From Pyrobaculum calidifontis JCM 11548 (lineage in GTDB: Archaea; Thermoproteota; Thermoprotei; Thermoproteales; Thermoproteaceae), in NCBI RefSeq assembly GCF_000015805.1, contig NC_009073.1, positions 1,977,314 through 2,009,313 on the forward strand: a DNA stretch of 32,000 nucleotides. The letters run 5' to 3'. Positions 8,905 to 17,376 of this stretch are shown in pieces. The position numbers and the translations under genes are program-made. Within the stretch, counting starts at the first letter, position 1. Every line of letters starts with the position of its first letter. A model generated the notes under the pieces. The model made no database searches, had not been told where the DNA came from, and saw only the letters and a program-made list of their open reading frames with translations.

Positions 8905-10375
8905 CATCCTCTATTGAAGAGAGGCGCCTCACGGCTTTCCCCACTAAGGGAATATCTACGCCGTAGGTATATATTTCGTCGTATCGGTTTAGCCACTCGT
9001 AGAGGCGCGCCCTCGCCTCTTCGCTCTCGCCCTCGGCCTCGTTTTGGGACAGGGGGTACACCTCTGCCAACTCCTCAGGCACGGCGCCGAAGACGGGGTC
9101 GTAGAAAATTATGTGAACACGCTCGCCTACTAGCTCTTTCAGATATCGGTATTCCCAGCTCCGATTGTACGGCTTTGTGCTCGCTTTAACCACGAGGGCC
9201 TTTTTCGACGGCGGATCTACGTTTTCCAGTCTTGTGAAGTGTCGAAGCGGCTCTGGTCTTGAGGGTGAGGTGTCGTGGTAGAAGAAGAGGCCGTGGGGCT
9301 TTGGGTGCGTCTCTGGGTCCAGCGCCTCGATGTAGCGGCGGAATTTGCTTAATTTTTTGAGGAATCTGTATAGGGAGGGGTGTGCCCGGGCTTTCGCCTC
9401 TAGGTACTCCCAGAGTGTCCCCTCGTGGATCCTCTGCCTTATCTCCATCAGCTCCTCTCTGAGCACCGCAAGGTTGTGCTCTGCGATTAATAGGGTGCGT
9501 TCTTCGCGCGGCATTTCTCTGAGCTCTTTTACCGGCGTCTGGCAGAGCTTGGTGCTACAGGGGAGGTACTCCGACTTTGCGTCATCGAGGCGCAACGTCC
9601 TGTCTCTCAGCATTATTCTCCCGTCTCTCGCGTATAGTATATACGACGCGCTGTCAAAGAGGTCTACTCCCAGCGCGACGGCAAAGGGCAGTATTAGTGG
9701 GTGCCCCGCGCCGAAGAGGTGCAAAGGAGCGTCTCTAACCATGGCCATCTTGGCCTCTAGGACTATCTCAAGTATTGTATCAAACCTGTACTCCTCGAGG
9801 AGGGTAGTGGGGCTACCGACCGCATAAATGGGAAAGCCCATTTGGGAGAGCTCTCTTGCAGATCTCCTCAGTAGGTCGAGATAGGTGGCTCCCTGTATGG
9901 GGGCCACCACTAGCATGTCTAAGTCTTTTAAGAGGCGCGTGGCCCTCCTCGCCCTTCTTAGCGTTTCTTCCACTTTCAACAACGCGCTGTGGTAGGGCTC
10001 TTCATAGTCAAAGGGCAGGTCCAAGATTACGCCTATGTCGCTCCCGATCTTGTGTTGATACAGCAGAATCTCGTCTGGGTCTACGTCGACTGTGCCATAG
10101 CGCAGAATTTGGTACGCCCCGGAGTCTGTCATGACGACCCCATCCCACTTTAACAACCTCTTTACATTTACATCGCCGCCTTTGGCAAGCCTATATATGA
10201 AGTATGAGTTGGTGATTACTTGCCCGAAGTATCTCTTTAATACCTCGCTCGGCACCTCTTGCTTCCTCGGGTCAACCACTGGGAACAACGCCGGGGTTTC
10301 TACCACGCCGCTTTTCGTATAAAGCCTGCCGATCCTTCCCCCCAAGTCTTTCGCGACTATTTCAAAGACCCCCAT
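8888..10375 (-). CDS. tgtA: Archaeosine tRNA-guanine transglycosylase (ArcTGT), no C-terminal PUA domain
   Basis: TIM-barrel TGT motifs (VVMTDSGAYQ, LHLFGAGHP). Start moved to the ATG at 10375 (MGVFEIVAKD), 1 nt after the upstream gene's stop. About 495 aa, shorter than euryarchaeal ArcTGT. Confidence 0.9.
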   Translation of the reverse strand: MGVFEIVAKDLGGRIGRLYTKSGVVETPALFPVVDPRKQEVPSEVLKRYFGQVITNSYFIYRLAKGGDVNVKRLLKWDGVVMTDSGAYQILRYGTVDVDPDEILLYQHKIGSDIGVILDLPFDYEEPYHSALLKVEETLRRARRATRLLKDLDMLVVAPIQGATYLDLLRRSARELSQMGFPIYAVGSPTTLLEEYRFDTILEIVLEAKMAMVRDAPLHLFGAGHPLILPFAVALGVDLFDSASYILYARDGRIMLRDRTLRLDDAKSEYLPCSTKLCQTPVKELREMPREERTLLIAEHNLAVLREELMEIRQRIHEGTLWEYLEAKARAHPSLYRFLKKLSKFRRYIEALDPETHPKPHGLFFYHDTSPSRPEPLRHFTRLENVDPPSKKALVVKASTKPYNRSWEYRYLKELVGERVHIIFYDPVFGAVPEELAEVYPLSQNEAEGESEEARARLYEWLNRYDEIYTYGVDIPLVGKAVRRLSSIEDARYIA

Positions 10376-10376
10376 A

Positions 10377-10886
10377 TCAGTCCAACTCGACAACTTCGTG
10401 CTCAGAAATCACCTTGGTCTTGTCGGCGTTTGCCTCAGGCCCCAGAGCCACGAGGTAGTGCCGCACGGTGCTTAACCACTCGGGCTCCTCCACGGCGTAG
10501 CCCTTCATATAGGCCTCGTTTGCGATAGACACCATCTGCACCACCAGCGGATGTACCGCCCGCCGAGAACCGGCAGGAACTATATCGATAATGTTCTCTG
10601 GCAAAGTCCGCACGGACTCCTCCAGCTTCGCCAACCTCCTCCGCGCTATGTAGGTCTTAACGCGGCTACCGACAACCCGCCTGCTGTACTTAGCCACTTT
10701 GACCATAGAGGTTGCTAATCCCAAAAGCCCTAGCGGGATAGTGGCCATCCCCAGTATAAATGCCAAGGAGAATGCGACTACCGACAAGAGAGCTATAAAT
10801 ATTAGTAGAGCTTTCATGTCCTTTATAAACACACCTCCAAGGACGGCGAATATGCCTATGGCGGCGGCTAACGCCAAGTCTATCAT
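10377..10886 (-). CDS. Uncharacterised membrane protein (3 predicted TM helices plus a ~100-aa soluble C-domain) in the secretion-ATPase operon
   Basis: MIDLALAAAIGIFAVLGGVFI..., with ATGA overlap to the upstream 71-aa ORF. No class III (prepilin) signal motif seen. Confidence 0.5.
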   Translation of the reverse strand: MIDLALAAAIGIFAVLGGVFIKDMKALLIFIALLSVVAFSLAFILGMATIPLGLLGLATSMVKVAKYSRRVVGSRVKTYIARRRLAKLEESVRTLPENIIDIVPAGSRRAVHPLVVQMVSIANEAYMKGYAVEEPEWLSTVRHYLVALGPEANADKTKVISEHEVVELD

Positions 10887-11098
10887 AGCAACGGTATGAC
10901 GTAGCACTTGTCCACTGCCACAAGCTGATATTCGCCCATTTCTAACCTCTCTACGGCCTCACGACACGACTTTAGGAGCTCCGCCTTACGTTTTATAAAG
11001 TCGTCGATCCTCTTGTCCCTGCCTGCGAGAGCCGCGAGCAGTTCAAGCTCGCGCTCTATGGCGGCGAGCAGATCCTTAGGCCTTCCGTAGAGCAACAT
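10883..11098 (-). CDS. Small helical protein (71 aa), uncharacterised, in the secretion-ATPase operon
   Basis: ORF overlapping the ATPase 3' end by 23 nt. Charged helical sequence AAIERELELLAALAGRDKRIDDFIKRKAELL. No TM segment. Confidence 0.4.
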   Translation of the reverse strand: MLLYGRPKDLLAAIERELELLAALAGRDKRIDDFIKRKAELLKSCREAVERLEMGEYQLVAVDKCYVIPLL

Positions 11099-12560
11099 GC
11101 TTCTGCCTGTAGTAGTCCATCACAGCCTCGGCCACCTTCTCTGCGTCAAAGACGCCCTTCTCCACCAGGGAGGATAGAAGCTTCGCCCTCTCCATAATTT
11201 CCTCATATCCGCCTAGCCTCTGCAACCAGTAGGACCTCCTCAAGTCTACTTCGACGCTGTCTGTGCGGGGGTCGTACCAGCCCACGTTTATGAGACCGAA
11301 TTCCTCCTCCTTTATTTTTATCTTGCCCGGCGTGGCGTAAGGGTAGGCCCTTAGCCAGACGACCTCAGTTATCCCAGTGACGCGCCTGCCGAAGTCGAAG
11401 CGCCTAATGGTCGCCAGCACGTGGAAGGCGGAGAGGTGTTCCGGCGAAACTCCAATGGCCTCCCCCGTGAGGCGCATAAAGACCTCCATGAGATCCTCCG
11501 CGTGGAACGTTGTAGCGCCGCCGTGGCCTGTCAATACGCCTTGGATTAATTCATGTATCTCACGGCCGCGGCTCTCGCCTATGACAATTATGTCGGGCCT
11601 GGCGCGCAGTAGGTACTTCACTAGGTCGATTAAGTATATGGCTGACTCAGAGCCTGGCAGGCTCTTCATGTAGTCGTACATGGGAGATGTGAAGAGCATT
11701 ACGACGTTTTTAAAACTCGGCGGCACTCTAATCTCAGGTGTCTCCTCTGCGATGGCCAGGCGCTTGTGCGGGAGAAGGACTAGGAGCGCGTTTAGGAGCG
11801 TGGTCTTACCTGTGCCAGTTCCGCCGATCACCATGACCGACTTGTGGTGTTCAAAGAGGTACCAGAGGTAGGCCATGGCCAGGGGGGATATGGTGCGCCT
11901 CTTTATGAGCTCCGTGGGTGATATGGGGAATGGGGGCTGTACACGCACTGACACATACGGCGCATTTCTAGCCACTCTCCCAGACATGGCAGTGGCGAAG
12001 CGCAACAGCGCGCCGTTTCTCAAGCGTATGTACGTGTCTTGGATGGGGTACTGCTCGTTGAGCGGGCGCCCCGTCTCGGCGTATACCCTCCCCACAATCT
12101 TTATCAAAGTCTCCCTGTTTGTTGGGACGACGTTTGTCCTTATGTTATAGCCGTAGTCTCTGTGGTCTACGTATATCGGCGCGTCTATACCGTTGATGTT
12201 TATGTTTTCAAGTCTCACGTCGTACAGTATCGGGGTGAGGTACGAGTAGTCGGCGGCCTCCAGCTGGACGTAGTACCTCACTGCGGCACGCAACTGCTTG
12301 GGAACGCCTATGTCGGCCATGGCCATTTCAATGAGTTTGCCCAACTCCTCTCTACTTACATTAGGCCTAATTATCTGGTGAGCCGTGAGGTACTCCACAA
12401 CCTTATACGCATACTCACCCACTTTGTCCGAGTAGGGAAATGCGTAGGAGACATTGTAACAGTAGCCGTCTTCTGAGGCAAATATCTGAATCCTAGCGCC
12501 CTCCGACTGATACTCCTCCACAACCGTCCCTTTGCAACTTTCGACGCGGAAGTCGAGCAT
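11076..12560 (-). CDS. FlaI/GspE/VirB11-superfamily secretion ATPase
   Basis: Walker A GGTGTGKTT, Walker B/Asp box PDIIVIGESRG, His box TGHGGATTFHA. 494 aa. Confidence 0.9.
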   Translation of the reverse strand: MLDFRVESCKGTVVEEYQSEGARIQIFASEDGYCYNVSYAFPYSDKVGEYAYKVVEYLTAHQIIRPNVSREELGKLIEMAMADIGVPKQLRAAVRYYVQLEAADYSYLTPILYDVRLENININGIDAPIYVDHRDYGYNIRTNVVPTNRETLIKIVGRVYAETGRPLNEQYPIQDTYIRLRNGALLRFATAMSGRVARNAPYVSVRVQPPFPISPTELIKRRTISPLAMAYLWYLFEHHKSVMVIGGTGTGKTTLLNALLVLLPHKRLAIAEETPEIRVPPSFKNVVMLFTSPMYDYMKSLPGSESAIYLIDLVKYLLRARPDIIVIGESRGREIHELIQGVLTGHGGATTFHAEDLMEVFMRLTGEAIGVSPEHLSAFHVLATIRRFDFGRRVTGITEVVWLRAYPYATPGKIKIKEEEFGLINVGWYDPRTDSVEVDLRRSYWLQRLGGYEEIMERAKLLSSLVEKGVFDAEKVAEAVMDYYRQKHVALRKA

Positions 12561-12561
12561 A

Positions 12562-14097
12562 TTACACTGTGAATATAGATTTTGTGGCCATCACCGCTAA
12601 GAATATCGCCAGATATAAAAGCGCCAAGTAGAGCAACCCGCCGCGGGTGGAGAAGCTTATCTTGGAGAAGAGGAAGTAGTAGCCCAGCGACATTATGCCA
12701 AGGGCGGCGTATAGAATCCCCATGCCTGTCCCGCCTACTGCGGCGCCCCCATAAATTTTGGACATGGCCTCTGTCAGCGTGATCATGGCCGTGTTGACAA
12801 AGGCCACCATGGCGGCCCCCGCCAGCGCCAGAAATCTTGTCACATTTAAAGTTCTGCCAATCTCAGTCCGGTACTCAAATAGCTTTGCCACAAAGTTCTG
12901 TAGCTGGTCTATGGTGGCTCTTGGCAGTGTGCCAAGCCGGTGAATGTCGAAGAGCATCCGCACAATCACCGACATGACGGGTTGCATATCTTTTAACACG
13001 ACGTCTTCAAGTCTGCTGTCGCCGACTTTCATGGCTTGTAATATAGCGGCCGCCTTGTTGTTAAAGGGGCCGTAGTCTCCGAAGGTTATTGCGGTTTCAA
13101 CAGCTCTATAAACTGAGGGGGCCCTCTTCAGCTCGTCGAATACCGTGTATATAAAGTCCATGAAGCCCCTCTCGAAGGCTCTGGCATTTACCTTCTCTCT
13201 CGCTATAATCCACCCGGCGACAGTCACTCCAAACGCCAAAAGCGGCGCCGCCGTAGAGAAACTCGGCTGTATAAAGGCCGTTAAAATCATGGCCGTCGCC
13301 GCCGCCACAGCGAATATGATGGGAAGCAGTTTGAACTCCATTTTCATGAGCGGGACGTTTATGAACAGCGCCATGACGACGCCCAAGATTGCGGGAAGCA
13401 GGCCGCCCATTAGTAACAACAGCGCAGGGTTTCCTCTGCCAATAACCACCGCTGTGACAGAGAGCATGGCAAGTCCCACGACGAGCGAGGAGATCAGCGA
13501 CGTGAGTCTATCCATGCGCCTCTGCATCGCCGAGGCAAACTCCACTGTGTCCATGTCCATGTAGAGAGACAGCTTTGCCACAATGTCTTCCCCAATCCTC
13601 AGCGAAGTGTATAAAGAGTTGAAACGGTATACAAGTTTCTGAGGCGCCAGCTTCTCCACCGCACGCTTCATGGCATCCATGGGCTCCATGCCTATCATCT
13701 TGGCGTTGTTCCACGCAGCCAGCGCCAACGTCCTAACCCCCGGCAACTCTCGGTAGCGCGTCATCCTCTCAATCAAGAGGTTGAGGTGGGCCTTTGTGGC
13801 AAAAGCCATTTGGACAAGGGCTGTGAAAAACACCATCTCTGTCCCCAACATCTCCCTAATAGACCCCGCCCTGACTGACACCAGCAACTTGGGCAGGAGG
13901 AAGACCAAGGCGCCGACACCCAAGAGGAGGGGGCCCAGCGGAAAAGCGCCAAGCAACACTAGCACAGCCCCGCCGCCCACGACGGCTAAGCCGAGCAAGT
14001 TAAACAGCCTAGCCGTGCTCCTAAACCTAAGGGGGTCTAAGTCCGTCTTCTCAATCCCACGGAGTTGCCACCTAGTCAAAAAGTCTTGCACAAGCAA
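12562..14097 (-). CDS. Polytopic membrane platform protein, FlaJ/TadC (T2SS-F)-like
   Basis: 511 aa with two repeats of a soluble helical domain followed by TM bundles. Ends 1 nt before the ATPase ATG. TTG/GTG start behind aaaaaataaata on the minus strand. Confidence 0.65.
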   Translation of the reverse strand: MLVQDFLTRWQLRGIEKTDLDPLRFRSTARLFNLLGLAVVGGGAVLVLLGAFPLGPLLLGVGALVFLLPKLLVSVRAGSIREMLGTEMVFFTALVQMAFATKAHLNLLIERMTRYRELPGVRTLALAAWNNAKMIGMEPMDAMKRAVEKLAPQKLVYRFNSLYTSLRIGEDIVAKLSLYMDMDTVEFASAMQRRMDRLTSLISSLVVGLAMLSVTAVVIGRGNPALLLLMGGLLPAILGVVMALFINVPLMKMEFKLLPIIFAVAAATAMILTAFIQPSFSTAAPLLAFGVTVAGWIIAREKVNARAFERGFMDFIYTVFDELKRAPSVYRAVETAITFGDYGPFNNKAAAILQAMKVGDSRLEDVVLKDMQPVMSVIVRMLFDIHRLGTLPRATIDQLQNFVAKLFEYRTEIGRTLNVTRFLALAGAAMVAFVNTAMITLTEAMSKIYGGAAVGGTGMGILYAALGIMSLGYYFLFSKISFSTRGGLLYLALLYLAIFLAVMATKSIFTV

Positions 14098-14142
14098 CTA
14101 CGCTTATGTTGTATTTATTTTTTGCTTTGTAGCTCCCCGTGG

Positions 14143-14673
14143 CTACAGTGGGCGCGCCATGATGTAGGCATCTTCGCCGTCGCTGTAGTAGCGGGGGATC
14201 CTCCCCACGACTCTAAAGCCTAGTTTTTCATAGAGCGAAATAGCCGGCGTGTTAGACACGCGCACTTCTAGGTATACCTCAGTCGTGTCGTAGTAGTTTT
14301 TCAACGCTTTAAGGGCCCTAAGCATCATGGCTGTGGCAATGCCCAGCCTCCTGGCCTCAGGCAGGACCCCCACTGAGACTATGTGGCCCTTCTTGGCCGT
14401 CTTACCCTTTGCGATGTAGCTCCATCCAAATTCGACACGCGACATCACGTAGCCGACTACTTTGCCCCCTACCTCTGCGACTATGAAGGCCTTTGGGTAT
14501 TGCTCAATATGTTCTACGAAGAACCAAGGGGGGTAGTTCTCCGGAAGCACCTTCCTGTTTATCTCAATTACCGCGTTTAAATCCCGCATAGTCACCTCTC
14601 TTATCACATACTCCGTTTTACCATCTTTGCCAAGAAGTTTCTGCGGCCCGTCTATCGCTATCTCGGATATCAT
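14143..14673 (-). CDS. GNAT N-acetyltransferase (RimI/Ard1-like)
   Basis: Acetyl-CoA motif [17 protein letters not shown] and [18 protein letters not shown] overlap with the pyrB stop. Confidence 0.85.
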   Translation of the reverse strand: MISEIAIDGPQKLLGKDGKTEYVIREVTMRDLNAVIEINRKVLPENYPPWFFVEHIEQYPKAFIVAEVGGKVVGYVMSRVEFGWSYIAKGKTAKKGHIVSVGVLPEARRLGIATAMMLRALKALKNYYDTTEVYLEVRVSNTPAISLYEKLGFRVVGRIPRYYSDGEDAYIMARPL

Positions 14674-15587
14674 GGCGGAGATAGAATTAGGTATATAAGT
14701 GCCATTCTCAGAGGCACGCCCAGCGCCGCTTGGATGAAGTACTTTGCATGTGGCGTAGAATCTATCCTATGGTCGATTTCGTCGACCCGGGGCAGTGGAT
14801 GTAGCACTATAAGCCCCCTCTTGGCGTTCTTTAAAAGCTCTAGTGTTACCCTATAACTACCCTTGACTCTTTCGTACTCCAGTGGGTCTAAAAAGCGCTC
14901 TTTCTGTATTCTGACCACGTATAACACGTCTAGCTCATGTACCACCTCTTCTACGTTGGTGTGAAAGCTCATTTTTACGCCTTTGTCTCTCGCGTAGTCC
15001 ACGGTCTCGGCCCTCGGCCTTAAAAACTCTGGCGAAATAAAGTAGAGCCTAACGTTGAAATTCGCAAGAGTCTCCACTAGGCTGTTTATCGTCCTGGCGT
15101 TTCTCAAGTCGCCCATCAATCCCACGTTGAGGCCGTCAACGTGGCCGAACTCCCTCCAGATTGTGTACACGTCTAACATGGCCTGCGTGGGGTGGTTGTA
15201 CGCCCCGTCGCCCCCATTGACAACAGGGCTTTCGGCCACCTCTGCCGCCAGCTTGGCGGCCCCCTCGTACTTGTGCCTAATTACTATGACGTCGGCGTAT
15301 GCGTCTAACATCCTTATCGTGTCAGCCAGCGTCTCACCCTTCTCAACGCTTGTGCCCTCCGCGCTTCCAAATCCTATGACGTCGCCGCCAAGTCTCTTCA
15401 TCGCAACCTCGAAGCTGAGCCTAGTCCTAGTTGATGGCTCGAAAAAGGCCGTAGCCATAACTTTGCCTCTGAGAAAGTCTACACGCGATTTTGCAAACTT
15501 CTCCATGTACTTGGCCATTTCGAAGAGCTCGTACAAGTCTTCTCGACTGAAGTCCCGAGCCGAAATTACGTCTCTACCGAACCACAC
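14670..15587 (-). CDS. pyrB: Aspartate carbamoyltransferase catalytic subunit
   Basis: [13 protein letters not shown] and HPLPR motifs. 305 aa, GTG start. Confidence 0.95.
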   Translation of the reverse strand: MWFGRDVISARDFSREDLYELFEMAKYMEKFAKSRVDFLRGKVMATAFFEPSTRTRLSFEVAMKRLGGDVIGFGSAEGTSVEKGETLADTIRMLDAYADVIVIRHKYEGAAKLAAEVAESPVVNGGDGAYNHPTQAMLDVYTIWREFGHVDGLNVGLMGDLRNARTINSLVETLANFNVRLYFISPEFLRPRAETVDYARDKGVKMSFHTNVEEVVHELDVLYVVRIQKERFLDPLEYERVKGSYRVTLELLKNAKRGLIVLHPLPRVDEIDHRIDSTPHAKYFIQAALGVPLRMALIYLILSPP

Positions 15588-15615
15588 GGCGTATAGTTAT
15601 TAAAGAGTTTTAAGA

Positions 15616-16224
15616 GTGGAGCGCGTGCATCCGGTAATAGTGGCGTTAGATACCGACGTGTTAAAGGCGCTGGATGTGGCAAAAGCCCTAAGAGACGAGG
15701 TGGCTGGATTCAAGGTGGGGTGGGACCTCATACTCGAGGGCGGCATATCTATTGTGAGCGAGATTTCCAGATATGGAAGTGTTGTAGTAGATGTAAAGAT
15801 CGCAGATATTCCATATATATCAAGTAGATTAATAGATAAGTTTATAAGGAGGGGCGCTTGCTGTGTAATTGTACACGGCTTTCTATACCCCTCGAACGTC
15901 AACGGCAAACATGTATACGTCTTGGCAAAGATGACTGTTCCCACTATGTACGACTATGTATGGGAAAAGCTACTAGACGAGGTGGAGGCGGTGAGGGGGT
16001 TTGTACTGCCGGGCAACCAGCCTGAGGCTATTAAAAAGGCGCGTGAAAAACTGGGATGTAAATACCGCATAATAGCCCCCGGCATTGGCGCACAGGGGGG
16101 GAGGCCTGGAGAGGCCATTGAGGCAGGCGCCGATTTTGAAATAGTGGGCAGATATCTGTTAGAAGACCTCTCTAGAGTTTCCCACTGGGACAGGCTGAAG
16201 CCCACGTGTTTTACATCTCCCTAG
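15616..16224 (+). CDS. pyrF: Orotidine 5'-phosphate decarboxylase
   Basis: VIVALD...FKVG...DVKIADIP motifs. 202 aa. Divergent from pyrB with only a 28-nt gap. Confidence 0.85.
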   Translation: MERVHPVIVALDTDVLKALDVAKALRDEVAGFKVGWDLILEGGISIVSEISRYGSVVVDVKIADIPYISSRLIDKFIRRGACCVIVHGFLYPSNVNGKHVYVLAKMTVPTMYDYVWEKLLDEVEAVRGFVLPGNQPEAIKKAREKLGCKYRIIAPGIGAQGGRPGEAIEAGADFEIVGRYLLEDLSRVSHWDRLKPTCFTSP

Positions 16225-17348
16225 GTCGGCCTCTTTAAATGGTCTGGAAATTGCCATGACTCGGCTTTTTTCGCCAAATGCGTTAGATATTTGTAGATGC
16301 CAGGGTCGCTACGCGCCTTATCTATAATTGCGTCTAAGATTGCTATTAGTTCGTCGTACACCTTTCTGTCCACTGGATAGGGAACTCCATCTTTTCCGCC
16401 TACGGCAAAGGCGAATTTAAATGGGTCTATGGCTGGGTCGTTCCAATCCGCCGGCGCCTTAAATATGAGCTCTGCCACTAGGGAAAGCGCCCTTAACGTC
16501 TTTGGGCCAACCCCATACCTTAGTAACAACTCCTTGAAGTCTGCCACGGATTTAGGCGGCGGCAGATTTCTTACTACAGTTTTTACATCGACGTCCACTT
16601 TCACATGGGGGTGGAAGTACGTAGGGCCGAAGACGGTTTGTCCACGCAGTATGGCTAAATACTTTGCCACCTTGTAGGGGCCCTCGTTTACGAGTTCTAG
16701 GACGACTTTGCGATTTTCCTCGCTACGTCTGGAGGCTAGGTTTAACACGTCCTTCCTCCTAATTCCAATTATTCCAGTGTGTGGGTCGTTGAAGTAGTCC
16801 TCTGTTGCTAGCCAGTGGTATCGCCTAGCCATTTTAACCTCTGGGTTCATGCCTTGTTGAACTACGCTCCACTTGCCGCTTTCTGAGACAAAAAAGGCGT
16901 GGTGGTATATGGTGTAGCCGTCTTGCACTAACGCGTTGTCAACCTTAGCGGTTAGCCTCGACGCGTTAACCAAGGCTGATGCATCTAGGTCGAAGTGGCG
17001 AGCAATGTCTGCAAGTTCCTTGGGTGTGTCGAGCGCCCGTCGACCTTTGCCGCCTGCCACGCGGATTGGGATATCGGAATTTGCCAACACTTCTTTTACA
17101 ACGGCCGTAGTTACCGTGGTGGAGCCGCTACTGTCGTAGTCCATTCCTATCAGGTTGTTAAACGCTTGGAAGAACACGGGGTTTGAAAATCTCTCCACAA
17201 CGCCGTCTGGGCCATATAGGTCGTACATTATGCGCAACGTGAGCCTGGCCAATTTTCTCATTCTGTCAAACAGCCACGGCGGGACGTGGCCCGTGTGAAG
17301 AGGCAAATCGGCAACGCCAGTTGGCCTCACAACTTTGTATTTATTCAT
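16221..17348 (-). CDS. DUF763-family protein containing a helix-hairpin-helix motif
   Basis: Start moved to the ATG at 17348 (MNKYKVVRPTGVADLPLHTGHVPPWLFDRM, DUF763-like N-terminus). The upstream 79 codons of the ORF-track call are antisense to the PMM gene. HhH-like LLRYGVGPKTLRALSLVAELI lies near 16.5 kb. Confidence 0.7.
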   Translation of the reverse strand: MNKYKVVRPTGVADLPLHTGHVPPWLFDRMRKLARLTLRIMYDLYGPDGVVERFSNPVFFQAFNNLIGMDYDSSGSTTVTTAVVKEVLANSDIPIRVAGGKGRRALDTPKELADIARHFDLDASALVNASRLTAKVDNALVQDGYTIYHHAFFVSESGKWSVVQQGMNPEVKMARRYHWLATEDYFNDPHTGIIGIRRKDVLNLASRRSEENRKVVLELVNEGPYKVAKYLAILRGQTVFGPTYFHPHVKVDVDVKTVVRNLPPPKSVADFKELLLRYGVGPKTLRALSLVAELIFKAPADWNDPAIDPFKFAFAVGGKDGVPYPVDRKVYDELIAILDAIIDKARSDPGIYKYLTHLAKKAESWQFPDHLKRPT

Positions 17349-17376
17349 GCATATAAATTCCTGATTCAACGATGCC

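Noticed and set aside
15055-15603. 182-aa ORF antisense to pyrB, with similar shadow ORFs at 13145..13564, 9345..9827, 3116..3511, 3224..3607, 12039..12476, 25054..25434 and 26261..26578
   Set aside because: Each overlaps a motif-supported gene on the other strand. None has a start codon positioned behind a TATA box.
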